Source of the DNA: an uncultured virus (IMG/VR IMGVR_UViG_3300043446_002182)
Lineage: Duplodnaviria; Heunggongvirae; Uroviricota; Caudoviricetes
Strand: one strand, 5' to 3'
DNA length: 20,000 bases
IMG/VR virus record: IMGVR_UViG_3300043446_002182
The first letter of the stretch is position 1. Each line of letters starts with the position of its first letter. A program made the translations under genes and the position numbers. A model generated the notes under the pieces. The model searched no databases. It saw only the letters and a list, made by a program, of their open reading frames with translations, and had not been told where the DNA came from. Positions 7,529-16,191 of this stretch are shown here, piece after piece.

Positions 7529-7799
7529 GTTGGTTCTGTTCCGAGTAGAAGGCAACCTGTCTCTCACCCGTTTTGGATAGAAACTCGTTTTTGAAACGAG
7601 ATACAACATGGCGGACCCCATCCAAATACATCTTCGTGCAAGTCCGATAAAGGTCATCTTTATCGGATTTTTTGTGGCAGTTGCATGAAGCTGCGTAGTT
7701 GTTTATACAATGCACCAACTGAATGAAGCTCTGGTCAAGTTGAACCAGATTGTTGGCACTTAAGAAGCGTGCCATTTCGGTTGGATTGTTGATATTCAT
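7506..7799 (-). CDS. Hypothetical protein with Cys/His cluster
   Basis: 97 aa with HCINN..SCNCH..TC; starts 3 nt after the upstream stop; 23-bp convergent overlap with the kinase. Confidence 0.6.
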   Translation of the reverse strand: MNINNPTEMARFLSANNLVQLDQSFIQLVHCINNYAASCNCHKKSDKDDLYRTCTKMYLDGVRHVVSRFKNEFLSKTGERQVAFYSEQNQLILIISR

Positions 7800-7802
7800 T
7801 TC

Positions 7803-8201
7803 TTACCCGAGTAGTCGGTCAATGACTACAAACACAAACACACTTCCAAGAATCAAGAGTGGAAGTTCACATGCAAGCCCGAAGAGGGTCATCAGAATCG
7901 TCAGGAAGCCCACCCCAACGAGGGATGCCAGCAAGAACAGAATGCACTTCCCCAGCAAATAGAATAGGCATAGCCACACTGCAAGACAAATCGGGCACGT
8001 AATCAGGCGCACGAAAAAGCAGTTGTGGTAACGACGTAGGTAGATGTGATACGTCAACGATACGTCTTGGTATTGTTTGGCATCGAAGTCTTTGTAGAAC
8101 GACAGGAAGTTAAGACCGAACAAGCGGCAATACTCAACCCACACGTCGGTTCTGAACCACAGAAGTAGAATGAGACTTATTATAGAACATGCTAGTATCA
8201 T
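7803..8201 (-). CDS. Membrane protein with CPxC..W motif (DUF1360-like)
   Basis: Several hydrophobic segments and RLITCPICLAVW. Confidence 0.6.
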   Translation of the reverse strand: MILACSIISLILLLWFRTDVWVEYCRLFGLNFLSFYKDFDAKQYQDVSLTYHIYLRRYHNCFFVRLITCPICLAVWLCLFYLLGKCILFLLASLVGVGFLTILMTLFGLACELPLLILGSVFVFVVIDRLLG

Positions 8202-8205
8202 GTCT

Positions 8206-8213
8206 ATAAATAG
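8206..8213 (-). promoter_or_regulatory. Candidate late promoter CTATTTAT(A)
   Basis: The 14-bp gap between GT2 and the next gene reads ggCTATTTATAgacATG on the minus strand. Confidence 0.6.
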
Positions 8214-8215
8214 CC

Positions 8216-9514
8216 TTACAGAAGTCGAAAATTTATGTCATCAATGGGAGGATTGTTGACGACCAGAGCCTCTTGAATTCGATTCCTCACAGGGACGTTG
8301 GCAATGTTTACGGTGATGCTGCCTAACTCAAACGTTCCCACTTCCAATGAAGCGTTGTTCTCATGTATGATGTCGTTGATTTTGACAATGACCACATCAT
8401 TGAAGATATTCTCACTTTGCGTCATATCCACGTTCAACACTACGTCGTCTTGCACGGGGAAGTCCACAAAGACATCCTCGGCCTTGAGCGTTCGGTAGTA
8501 TTTCTTGTAGAGTTCCCAATCCGAAGGGCTGATATTCAACAACTGGTTGGCAAAGTCGTGGAATTTGTTGAACGAATCACGGAACTGTTGACGCACTACG
8601 AAGTTGTCAACGTAGATGCGTTGAAACCGATAGTAGTTCTGAATGATAGGCGCAGCGTTGTGCGGGGTGACATTGGTAAAGTTTGCACTGACCCAATACT
8701 TGTATTCTTTTTCAGGGTCAAATGTCGTGTCATGTTTGAACGTAGGCCATTTCTGTAAGAAGCGGGTCATTTCCACCATGTCGGCCTGCTGTTGCAATGC
8801 CGTGCGTGCCTTGGCCTTTTCCGTCCACCATTCGATGCCTCGGGATGACGTGCAGGTAAAGTGATAGACCAGAGCATTCCATGCTTGTTCAATCTTCAGC
8901 CCCTTCATTGTGAAGCGATACAGAAGGTCAGAGTCTTCACGAGACCGACGGAAAAGTGTGTCATGACCACCAATCTCTAACCAATGTTTTTTGTAGAGGG
9001 TGAAGGGAGCAAACCAGTAGTTTGTGATTCGGTCTTGCTTTCGTTGGTTGGCAAATCTGGTGAAAGCGTCCAAGTCGAATGCCCGTGGGTTGAGTCCGAA
9101 ATCGTGAGTAATCTTCTCGGGCGATTCAGGATGTAATGGTGGTTCAATGCGGGTGGACGATATGATGTTTGATTCATTTAAGTGCTTAAGAACTTCCAAG
9201 TCGTAATCAGTCGAAATTACCATATCACTCTGTAAATATGATACAATTGGATACTTAGCCATTTCAAACATCAGGTTGATGTTTCGGGCATATCCAATAG
9301 GTATTGGTAATGGGTTTACGACAATTTTTAGATCGGAGAAAATAGATTTTTGAGTCTTCAAAAACTCAACTGTACCTTGGTTGTCATTCTCAACATAAAC
9401 AATGATTTCATGGTCATGTCGTGATAGATTTCTATGCAATGAACGAAACAGTAGTTCCAAATGAAATCGTTCGTTTCTGGCAGTATTGATACAAAATGTA
9501 ATTTGGTTAGACAT
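8216..9514 (-). CDS. Glycosyltransferase family 2 (GT-A fold) with C-terminal extension
   Basis: ITFCINT start, HEIIVYVE, GYARNIN, YLQSDMV (DxD-equivalent), IGGHD.LF, EDSDL..R, VYHF. Confidence 0.85.
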   Translation of the reverse strand: MSNQITFCINTARNERFHLELLFRSLHRNLSRHDHEIIVYVENDNQGTVEFLKTQKSIFSDLKIVVNPLPIPIGYARNINLMFEMAKYPIVSYLQSDMVISTDYDLEVLKHLNESNIISSTRIEPPLHPESPEKITHDFGLNPRAFDLDAFTRFANQRKQDRITNYWFAPFTLYKKHWLEIGGHDTLFRRSREDSDLLYRFTMKGLKIEQAWNALVYHFTCTSSRGIEWWTEKAKARTALQQQADMVEMTRFLQKWPTFKHDTTFDPEKEYKYWVSANFTNVTPHNAAPIIQNYYRFQRIYVDNFVVRQQFRDSFNKFHDFANQLLNISPSDWELYKKYYRTLKAEDVFVDFPVQDDVVLNVDMTQSENIFNDVVIVKINDIIHENNASLEVGTFELGSITVNIANVPVRNRIQEALVVNNPPIDDINFRLL

Positions 9515-9965
9515 GACGTATGTTCTTTATTTTTCGGATGGTCTTTCCCATAAGTAGCATTTCATCGTGAGTGAACACATTACTCTTTACGCCATTACAC
9601 ATTGGGCAGCAGACGCAACAATTTTTTACTGAATACCCTCGATTACTGTCTATTCGGTCAAGATAGTAATTATAGTGGTTCTCTCTCCGGTTACGAGCGT
9701 GAGGTTGCCATTCTATATCACATCCACAATAACTACAAGATTTTATATCAGTAAACCTGACGAATTCTTGATATGTTATGTTGCAGGGCACATTACGTTT
9801 TTTGGCTTTGTGTCGAAGTGTTGTAAGTAAAAATTCATATGGCCTATTTTTGTGGCTACAACTCGTGCAGGTAAGATTAAGACGGATTGATTTTAAGAGG
9901 TTGCTCCGATGTGTGTAGGTCATCAATCCCCCACACTTGGGGCAGTCTTTGGAAAGAGTAGTCAT
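9507..9965 (-). CDS. Free-standing HNH-type homing endonuclease with Zn ribbons
   Basis: CPKC/CTSC, AKKRN, CSYCG, LDRIDSNRGYSVKNCCVCCPMCNGVKS. Lower GC than most neighbours and inserted inside the sugar operon. Confidence 0.82.
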   Translation of the reverse strand: MTTLSKDCPKCGGLMTYTHRSNLLKSIRLNLTCTSCSHKNRPYEFLLTTLRHKAKKRNVPCNITYQEFVRFTDIKSCSYCGCDIEWQPHARNRRENHYNYYLDRIDSNRGYSVKNCCVCCPMCNGVKSNVFTHDEMLLMGKTIRKIKNIRHV

Positions 9966-10813
9966 GTTAATTCTTCAACCATTCGGACAATGCCTTGTTC
10001 GAGACCATACAAGTCATAGCCTTGTTGTGCCAATACGATACCGTTACCAGTGTAAGGGTTATCCAGTCCGGGGGTCTTGATTTCAAAGTTGTCAAGTTTA
10101 CCCATGACGTGACAAATGTTTTTAGCAAGGTCAGACAGCAGAACTTTTTTCTGATAGACCAAGTTCATATGCCGAGTATCACTTTCTTGGTCTGTGATAA
10201 CACGGTCAACGACCGCAGCAACGTCGTCAATGTAAAAGAAATCCATGTATTTGTCCTTGAGGATTTCAATTGGCAAACCTTGCTTCAACCGATTGATGGA
10301 ACGTTTGATGAATCGAAAATCAGGTTCATCTGCTCCAAAGCAGCCGAACAGACGAAGTAAGAATGGATTGCTAACATCCCACCCGTCGTCATATGTGCCA
10401 TTGACAAAGCGACGAGAAATGATGTTCTTGGTCAACCCATACAAATCCAAGGGGTAGTTGTGAAAGAGTTCAACTTCACGAGCATCATCAATTGGGAAAC
10501 GACGGTCAAATTCTGCGCCCGAACCAAAAATAATCGTCGGACGCTCAATCGAGTCGGCCATGTAGATGTTTTCATACATGGTTAGGTTGGAAACCAAATC
10601 ACTCTCAGTGTTTTGAGCCGAGAAATGGCCTTTGAATGCAGTATGTATGATGGCGTCGGGACAATGACGATTCAAATACTCGACATATCCCTCGTAATTG
10701 GTCATATCCAACTCTTGACGAGTTGGAGCGAGAACTGTGTGGTCGTATTTGGGAAGTATGCGGGCAAGATTTCTACCAACAAATCCACCCCCACCTGTGA
10801 TTAGAACTCTCAT
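9962..10813 (-). CDS. Extended SDR NAD(P)-dependent nucleotide-sugar reductase/epimerase
   Basis: ITGGGGFVG, IIHTA, FGSGAEFD, YGLTK catalytic motif, RLFGCFG, DFFYIDD. Confidence 0.88.
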   Translation of the reverse strand: MRVLITGGGGFVGRNLARILPKYDHTVLAPTRQELDMTNYEGYVEYLNRHCPDAIIHTAFKGHFSAQNTESDLVSNLTMYENIYMADSIERPTIIFGSGAEFDRRFPIDDAREVELFHNYPLDLYGLTKNIISRRFVNGTYDDGWDVSNPFLLRLFGCFGADEPDFRFIKRSINRLKQGLPIEILKDKYMDFFYIDDVAAVVDRVITDQESDTRHMNLVYQKKVLLSDLAKNICHVMGKLDNFEIKTPGLDNPYTGNGIVLAQQGYDLYGLEQGIVRMVEELT

Positions 10814-11286
10814 TTTGACAAATTCATGTAGGATGGACGACCATTATTGATGAAATGATGCATTGCATGAGCCATTGCTTCTTCGGACTCGGGTTTGTAA
10901 AGCGCAATGTTGCTCAAAGTTGACAAAACTGTGATGTCTTCATCTGCCCAATGGGTGTAGCCGAGGTATCCATAGTCTTTGTTGCGTCCACCGCCGACGA
11001 TTTTGATGGGCGTGTTCTCAAAATGCATGTAGTTGCGGATGAACTCGAATGGCCGATAGATGGCAAATGGGGTGATTGAATAACAAACAGGCACACGACC
11101 CTCCAACGCCATGCCACAGGCTGCGCCAATCATGAGTTGTTCGGCAGAACCAACGTTGAAGAAGCGAGTTGGATAGGTATCCCGCACAGCATCCCATAGA
11201 CCATAGCCCATGTCGGCAGTAATCAGCACAATGGATTCATTTTGACCCATGAGCGACAACAAATTGGCAGCAAATGCTTTTCTCAT
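10810..11286 (-). CDS. Transketolase-like beta subunit (pyrimidine-binding domain only)
   Basis: MRKAF, ITADMG, RFFNVGSAEQLMIGAACGMALEG, RPFEFIRN, GYTHWADED. Ends at 158 aa with no transketolase C-terminal domain. Confidence 0.88.
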   Translation of the reverse strand: MRKAFAANLLSLMGQNESIVLITADMGYGLWDAVRDTYPTRFFNVGSAEQLMIGAACGMALEGRVPVCYSITPFAIYRPFEFIRNYMHFENTPIKIVGGGRNKDYGYLGYTHWADEDITVLSTLSNIALYKPESEEAMAHAMHHFINNGRPSYMNLSK

Positions 11287-11984
11287 TACTGTGGTGCTCC
11301 TTCGACAATCGTTGCCCCAGCGACCAATGGCATTTCCTTGGTCAATTCCAGTGCTACAAGATAGTCTGGTTCTTTCATGATATGATAGTGGGCATTCATA
11401 CCTTTCAAAAACGGAAATTCTTCGGTTGCTCTCTGAATGCCATGAACAATGGTGATGTTTCCATTGCTATTGAACGGTGCGAGACGGGCAGCAAACGTAT
11501 TCAGAGGAATCTCACGATATGCCCCGAATCCATTGTGCATGATGTAAACCTTGATGTTTGGAATCTTCTCGTCGGCGATGAATCGGAGGCTTTCCCACAC
11601 GACTCCCTCGGCGCATTCACCATCACTGAGCATGACATATACCTTGCGAGAAGGATTTGCCAAGGCCCGACCTACAGCGACAGAAATTCCCATTCCAAGA
11701 CTACCAGTGGAGCACCAGATGAAGTTGTCGGGGTCTAAGTGAGGATGACCACCATGTTTCTTGAATAGTTTCTCGGCATCTACGCCGTGGTGTTTTTCCA
11801 GAACGACGTATTGTGCCAAGGCTGCGTGGCCGTTTGAAAGGATGAAGATGTCTTCGGGAGACTTCTGGTTGAAAATCATTTCGATGGTGTCCACACAAGA
11901 CATATAGCTGCCCAAGTGGGACAGTTTGTTCTTGTATGCAATCTCAATGATGCGGCGTTTCAGGTCTTTGTTCAGAGTTACCAT
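11286..11984 (-). CDS. Transketolase-like alpha subunit (TPP-binding N-terminal domain)
   Basis: SHLGS, FILSNGH, GHP, STGSLGMG, LSDGECAEG..WE...HNG (GDG..N TPP motif variant). Start set at ATG 11984, overlapping the upstream stop. Confidence 0.9.
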   Translation of the reverse strand: MVTLNKDLKRRIIEIAYKNKLSHLGSYMSCVDTIEMIFNQKSPEDIFILSNGHAALAQYVVLEKHHGVDAEKLFKKHGGHPHLDPDNFIWCSTGSLGMGISVAVGRALANPSRKVYVMLSDGECAEGVVWESLRFIADEKIPNIKVYIMHNGFGAYREIPLNTFAARLAPFNSNGNITIVHGIQRATEEFPFLKGMNAHYHIMKEPDYLVALELTKEMPLVAGATIVEGAPQ

Positions 11985-12922
11985 ACAAAATGGTCGGTGT
12001 AATGTTCCACGATGCTGCGTAATTGGTAGTCGAATTGTTTTTTCGGCTTCCATCCCAAAGCTTTAAGCTTGGAGTCATCCAACGCATAGCGGACATCTTG
12101 ACCATCACGAGAATACGTGAAATCGCAGAATTGTTCAACATTTTTTATTCCATACATGATGTGGACAATTCGTTCGACAACTTCGATGTTCTGTAACTCC
12201 TGATTTCCTGAGATATTATAGATTTCGTTCGTAACACCTGATTCTATGATGGTTACGACTGCCTCTGCCGTATCCGCAGCATGTAGCCACATGCGATAGG
12301 GCTTGCCTCCGTTGTGAAGGGGAATCTTTCGGTCCAAGTTCAGATATTTTACTGTCTTGGGAATCAGTTTCTCAACGTATTGGCCGATACCGTAATTGTT
12401 GGTTGGCCGGACAATGATGTAGGGGACTTTGAAGGTTCGTGCCCAAGCCAAAATGAGCATGTCAGCAGCCGCCTTGGTTGCTGAATATGGGTTGGAGGGC
12501 TTGAGAAGGTCTTTCTCGGTGTGTGCGCCTTCGGAAATGTCGCCATACACTTCATCAGTGCTGAAATGAAGCAAGGTGGGCATCTTAAAGAGACCCTTTT
12601 GCCGAATCAGTTCCAACAAATGTTTGACACCATTGATGTTTGAGTGGAGAAATTCATCGCTGCTTACGATAGAGTTGTCAACGTGCGTTTCTGCCGCAGT
12701 ATTGATAACATAGTCACAATCCAACAAGGATGTCAGGTCGTTGATGTCAGACTTGATGAACTTGAAGTTGGGGTTCTTTTGAAAGGCTTCCAGACGGTCT
12801 GGTTGAGAAGCATATGTCATCTTGTCAACGCCAATGACATACCAGCCTTTGTCAAGGCAGGCTTGCGTGACATATGCCCCAATGAATCCGAGGCATCCCG
12901 TGACATATACAATCTTTTTCAT
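11978..12922 (-). CDS. rfbB: dTDP-glucose 4,6-dehydratase (RmlB-type)
   Basis: VTGCLGFIG, DKMTYA, AAETHVDNSI, STDEVYG, PSNPYSATKAA, NNYG..QY.EKLIP, R.GQDVRYALD. Confidence 0.9.
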   Translation of the reverse strand: MKKIVYVTGCLGFIGAYVTQACLDKGWYVIGVDKMTYASQPDRLEAFQKNPNFKFIKSDINDLTSLLDCDYVINTAAETHVDNSIVSSDEFLHSNINGVKHLLELIRQKGLFKMPTLLHFSTDEVYGDISEGAHTEKDLLKPSNPYSATKAAADMLILAWARTFKVPYIIVRPTNNYGIGQYVEKLIPKTVKYLNLDRKIPLHNGGKPYRMWLHAADTAEAVVTIIESGVTNEIYNISGNQELQNIEVVERIVHIMYGIKNVEQFCDFTYSRDGQDVRYALDDSKLKALGWKPKKQFDYQLRSIVEHYTDHFVW

Positions 12923-13155
12923 ACTCCGTCTTGCTTTTGTTTGCGCTTCTTGGCAATGAATTTGCGAATCAATTCAAGTTGAACTTCAACTGAGAAGCCA
13001 TTTTTGACTCCCGTTTCTAAGTCTTCGTCCAACTGTTCCATTGTAACGCCCATGCTTTTCAGAAGTTCGCTCTTGACGTAATCCTTGTCTTCTTGGGACA
13101 TCCAAGGCTCGTAGAGCATTTCAAAAATCTGGTTTAGTGATGCTTCGTGTTTCAT
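12919..13155 (-). CDS. Small hypothetical protein (78 aa)
   Basis: ATG 13155 forms an ATGA overlap with the upstream gene, and its stop forms an ATGA overlap with rfbB. Confidence 0.65.
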   Translation of the reverse strand: MKHEASLNQIFEMLYEPWMSQEDKDYVKSELLKSMGVTMEQLDEDLETGVKNGFSVEVQLELIRKFIAKKRKQKQDGV

Positions 13156-13847
13156 ACCTTTTTCTTCAATACAAAATACCAATTCCAACTGGTTCTTAGT
13201 TCTTCGGGCATTTCTTCTTCGGCCTGCAACCGTGGGTAATCAGGTGTTTGTAGGGGTGACGGGTAAACCGAATCCACCACAAACCCATGAATGTAGAAGA
13301 AATACAACACGTTGTCGTAATCCCACAGTCCACGGTAGAGAAATTGATGCCCCATTCTCCAATTGGGCACGCTGATTAAGACCTGAGAGGTTTCAGTCGT
13401 CAGAGCATGAATCTTACGTAACACATTAGAGGGAGCGAGCAAATGCTCCAATACATCATTACATATCACCAAGTCATAGGAAGAGTTCAACCCATTTGTA
13501 TCAAGGTCAATGGCGATGTCTTTGACGAAGAACTTGCCCTTAAAATTATTCTCCTTGAAGAATTTCTCAGCAAATGGCTTATCCACCAGATGATAGTCAA
13601 TCTCAAGGTCTTTTTGAACCAGTTGGCTCAAATGTCCCGGTCCAGACCCAATTTCAAGGACAGTCTTGGCCGACCCTTCCTTGATTACTTCACGGACAAG
13701 CTGGGCTTCATATTCATAACGAATTTCCCATCCCTTCTCGTGGACACGGGTTGTGTTTTCCCATTCATTTGAATCCAAGGTGTCAAGGTCTTTGTGGACG
13801 TTGAAATCTCGTTCAAACGGGACGTGTTGTAATCGGAAGACGCTCAT
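13152..13847 (-). CDS. Class I SAM-dependent methyltransferase
   Basis: VLEIGSGPG motif I, YDLVICNDVLEHL, ISVPN. Confidence 0.88.
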   Translation of the reverse strand: MSVFRLQHVPFERDFNVHKDLDTLDSNEWENTTRVHEKGWEIRYEYEAQLVREVIKEGSAKTVLEIGSGPGHLSQLVQKDLEIDYHLVDKPFAEKFFKENNFKGKFFVKDIAIDLDTNGLNSSYDLVICNDVLEHLLAPSNVLRKIHALTTETSQVLISVPNWRMGHQFLYRGLWDYDNVLYFFYIHGFVVDSVYPSPLQTPDYPRLQAEEEMPEELRTSWNWYFVLKKKV

Positions 13848-15193
13848 AGGGCTTTGAAAAACTCGTTGACCTTTGTTTCTACGTAATCAAGTTGGTTATG
13901 GTTGATGACGGGGCTTGTTCCCAAGAATAATGTGTCGGTGGTAACTTTGGTTGCCACTGGATATGCTGTCTTAGCATTGGAAATAGTTGCTCCACTCCAA
14001 TGATATGAATTCAATCCCTTGGTTAGTTCGCTATATGCTGGTTGTAAGAGAATGTTCCCACCAAAATAGTTGCGTGTCTGAATTTTGTTACCTTCCAAGA
14101 ATTGTGTCAAAGTTGACCGCTTAAAAGGAGCAGAGTCACGGACTGTGATTGGAAATGCGAACCACGACGGGTCAGAAAGCAGAGTCGCCCCGTGCATGTG
14201 GAAGTATTGCTCATAGGGGTTGAATATCTGTGACAGTCGGCGGTGATTAAACTTGCGACGTGAATGGATTTCAGGCAACTTATCCATTTGTGCCAGACCC
14301 ATTGAGCATTGAAGTTCGATTGGCTTCAGATTGTAGCCAATGTTGTCATAGACGTATTTGTGGTCGAAGATTTCATCTGGAATCTCAGGAATCCATGCGC
14401 TGAAGCGGCAACCACAGCTTCCTTTGGTTGAAAGGTTTGCTTTCTTACCAACACAGAAGCAACCACGTCCCCATTCACGGAGACTGCGGGCAATCTTTTC
14501 TTGAATGTCATTGGAGCAGGCAACAAACCCACCTTCACCCATTGTCATGTGATGGGCAGGATAGAATGAGCAAGTAGCCATATCTGCCGTAGAACCGACA
14601 GGAATGCCCTCGTAGGTTGTTCCCAAAGCATCGCAGCAGTCTTCCAATACAATCAGACCATACTTTGATTTGATAGCATCAAGACGGGTCATGTCGGGAG
14701 GATTTCCAAGAACATGTGCGAACATCAAGACCCGTGCCCCATTCTTGGCTGCTTCCTCAACTTGGTCGAGGTTCAGGTTGAGTGTGCTCAACTCAATATC
14801 AACAAACACAGGTGTAAGCTTGGCTTGAATGATGGGATTAACGGTTGTAGGGAAACCAGCCGCAGGAACGATGACTTTAGTGCCATCTTCCCACTTGAAG
14901 TATTTCTTGGCAGTCAGCACCATGATAAGATTGGCACTGGAACCACTGTTTACGACAATACCGTGCTTTTTTCCGAGCAACGGTGGGAACTTGCTTTCAA
15001 ACTTCATGGCATCTTCGCCAAGAACCAACCACTCGTTGAGAAGTGAGCCGATGGCGTTGACGTATTCTTTCTCGTCGAAGTACGCACCAGCATATTGAAC
15101 CCAATCTACTCCGGGCGTCCACTTCTTTGCCGCTTGCTTTTCCAAAATGTATTCAGCGACATCCTTGAGAATTTCATCTTTACTTTTTGCCAT
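13844..15193 (-). CDS. rfbH: NDP-4-keto-6-deoxyglucose 3-dehydrase (RfbH/DdhC E1; PMP and [2Fe-2S] dependent)
   Basis: DegT fold (NSGSSAN, FPTT.NP, HVLGNP, EDCCDALG). SFYPAHHMTMGEGG has His instead of the PLP Lys. WGRGCFC...C and DHKY are Fe-S ligand motifs; TRNYFGGN. Confidence 0.92.
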   Translation of the reverse strand: MAKSKDEILKDVAEYILEKQAAKKWTPGVDWVQYAGAYFDEKEYVNAIGSLLNEWLVLGEDAMKFESKFPPLLGKKHGIVVNSGSSANLIMVLTAKKYFKWEDGTKVIVPAAGFPTTVNPIIQAKLTPVFVDIELSTLNLNLDQVEEAAKNGARVLMFAHVLGNPPDMTRLDAIKSKYGLIVLEDCCDALGTTYEGIPVGSTADMATCSFYPAHHMTMGEGGFVACSNDIQEKIARSLREWGRGCFCVGKKANLSTKGSCGCRFSAWIPEIPDEIFDHKYVYDNIGYNLKPIELQCSMGLAQMDKLPEIHSRRKFNHRRLSQIFNPYEQYFHMHGATLLSDPSWFAFPITVRDSAPFKRSTLTQFLEGNKIQTRNYFGGNILLQPAYSELTKGLNSYHWSGATISNAKTAYPVATKVTTDTLFLGTSPVINHNQLDYVETKVNEFFKAL

Positions 15194-16187
15194 TGGTCAT
15201 TTGGTCGTAAATCCACGCATAGGTCTTTTCCAAGCCTTCACGCATGGTGATGCTTGGTTCCCAGCCCAACACTTGCTTGATAAGCGTGTTGTCCGAATTG
15301 CGGCCACGAACACCCTTCGGTGCGTCGAGCTTGTAAGAACGCTTTAGCTTGATGCCAGCGATGTCTTCCACCGTGTCAACCAATTGGTTGATTGAAATAA
15401 GGTCTTCTCGACCAAGATTGATAGGTTGTGAGAAGTCTGAATCCATCAGCTTGTTAATGCCGAGAACACAGTCATCAACATACATAAAGCTACGAGTCTG
15501 CTCACCATCACCCCAAATTTCGATGTTGTGATTGCCTGAAAGCTTGGCAGCAATGACTTTGCGACAAATTGCGGCTGGTGCTTTCTCACGTCCACCTTCA
15601 TATGTGCCCTTTGGCCCATAGACGTTATGGAAGCGGGCTACCCGAACCTGAATGCCGTAGTCTTCCATGAAGTGTCGGCACATACGCTCACTGAAAAGCT
15701 TTTCCCATCCGTAGCCATCTTCGGCCATAGCAGGATAAGCATCAGCTTCTTTGAGAGCAACAATGTCTGTGGTGGTTTGCTTGTCATGAGCATAGACACA
15801 GGCAGACGAAGCGTAGAAGAACTTCTTCACACCAGCTTCCTTAGCTGCCAGAATCAAGTGTGTATTGATAAGCACGGAAAGCATACATTCGGCTTTATGA
15901 GTTTCGATGAAACCCATTCCACCCATGTCCGCAGCAAGGTTGTAAACTTCATCAACTCCGTTGTCTTTCCAATTTCCAACCAGTCCATGATTCTTGGTGA
16001 CAGCATAACGGCACATACCAAGGTCTTTCATATCCAATTGAATGTTTTCAGCACCACTAAATGCTTGATACCATTCGGTGACTGGTTTGATGTCCACGGC
16101 ACGAACTTCATAACCTTTGGATAGTAAATCTTTGACGAGAAATCCGCCAATGAATCCGCCTGCACCTGCGACTAGAACTTTTTTCAT
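15180..16187 (-). CDS. GDP-mannose 3,5-epimerase (GME-like)
   Basis: VAGAGGFIG, NLAADMGGMGFI, SSACVY (catalytic Cys), YGWEK, GGREKAPAAICRK (catalytic Lys), GVRGRNSDN. Start set at ATG 16187. Confidence 0.88.
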   Translation of the reverse strand: MKKVLVAGAGGFIGGFLVKDLLSKGYEVRAVDIKPVTEWYQAFSGAENIQLDMKDLGMCRYAVTKNHGLVGNWKDNGVDEVYNLAADMGGMGFIETHKAECMLSVLINTHLILAAKEAGVKKFFYASSACVYAHDKQTTTDIVALKEADAYPAMAEDGYGWEKLFSERMCRHFMEDYGIQVRVARFHNVYGPKGTYEGGREKAPAAICRKVIAAKLSGNHNIEIWGDGEQTRSFMYVDDCVLGINKLMDSDFSQPINLGREDLISINQLVDTVEDIAGIKLKRSYKLDAPKGVRGRNSDNTLIKQVLGWEPSITMREGLEKTYAWIYDQMTNGKK

Positions 16188-16191
16188 AACT

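Noticed and set aside
10810..11984. Pentose-phosphate transketolase as a metabolic AMG
   Set aside because: The enzyme is split, truncated and embedded between NDP-sugar enzymes, which favours a sugar-branching role. This is not proven.
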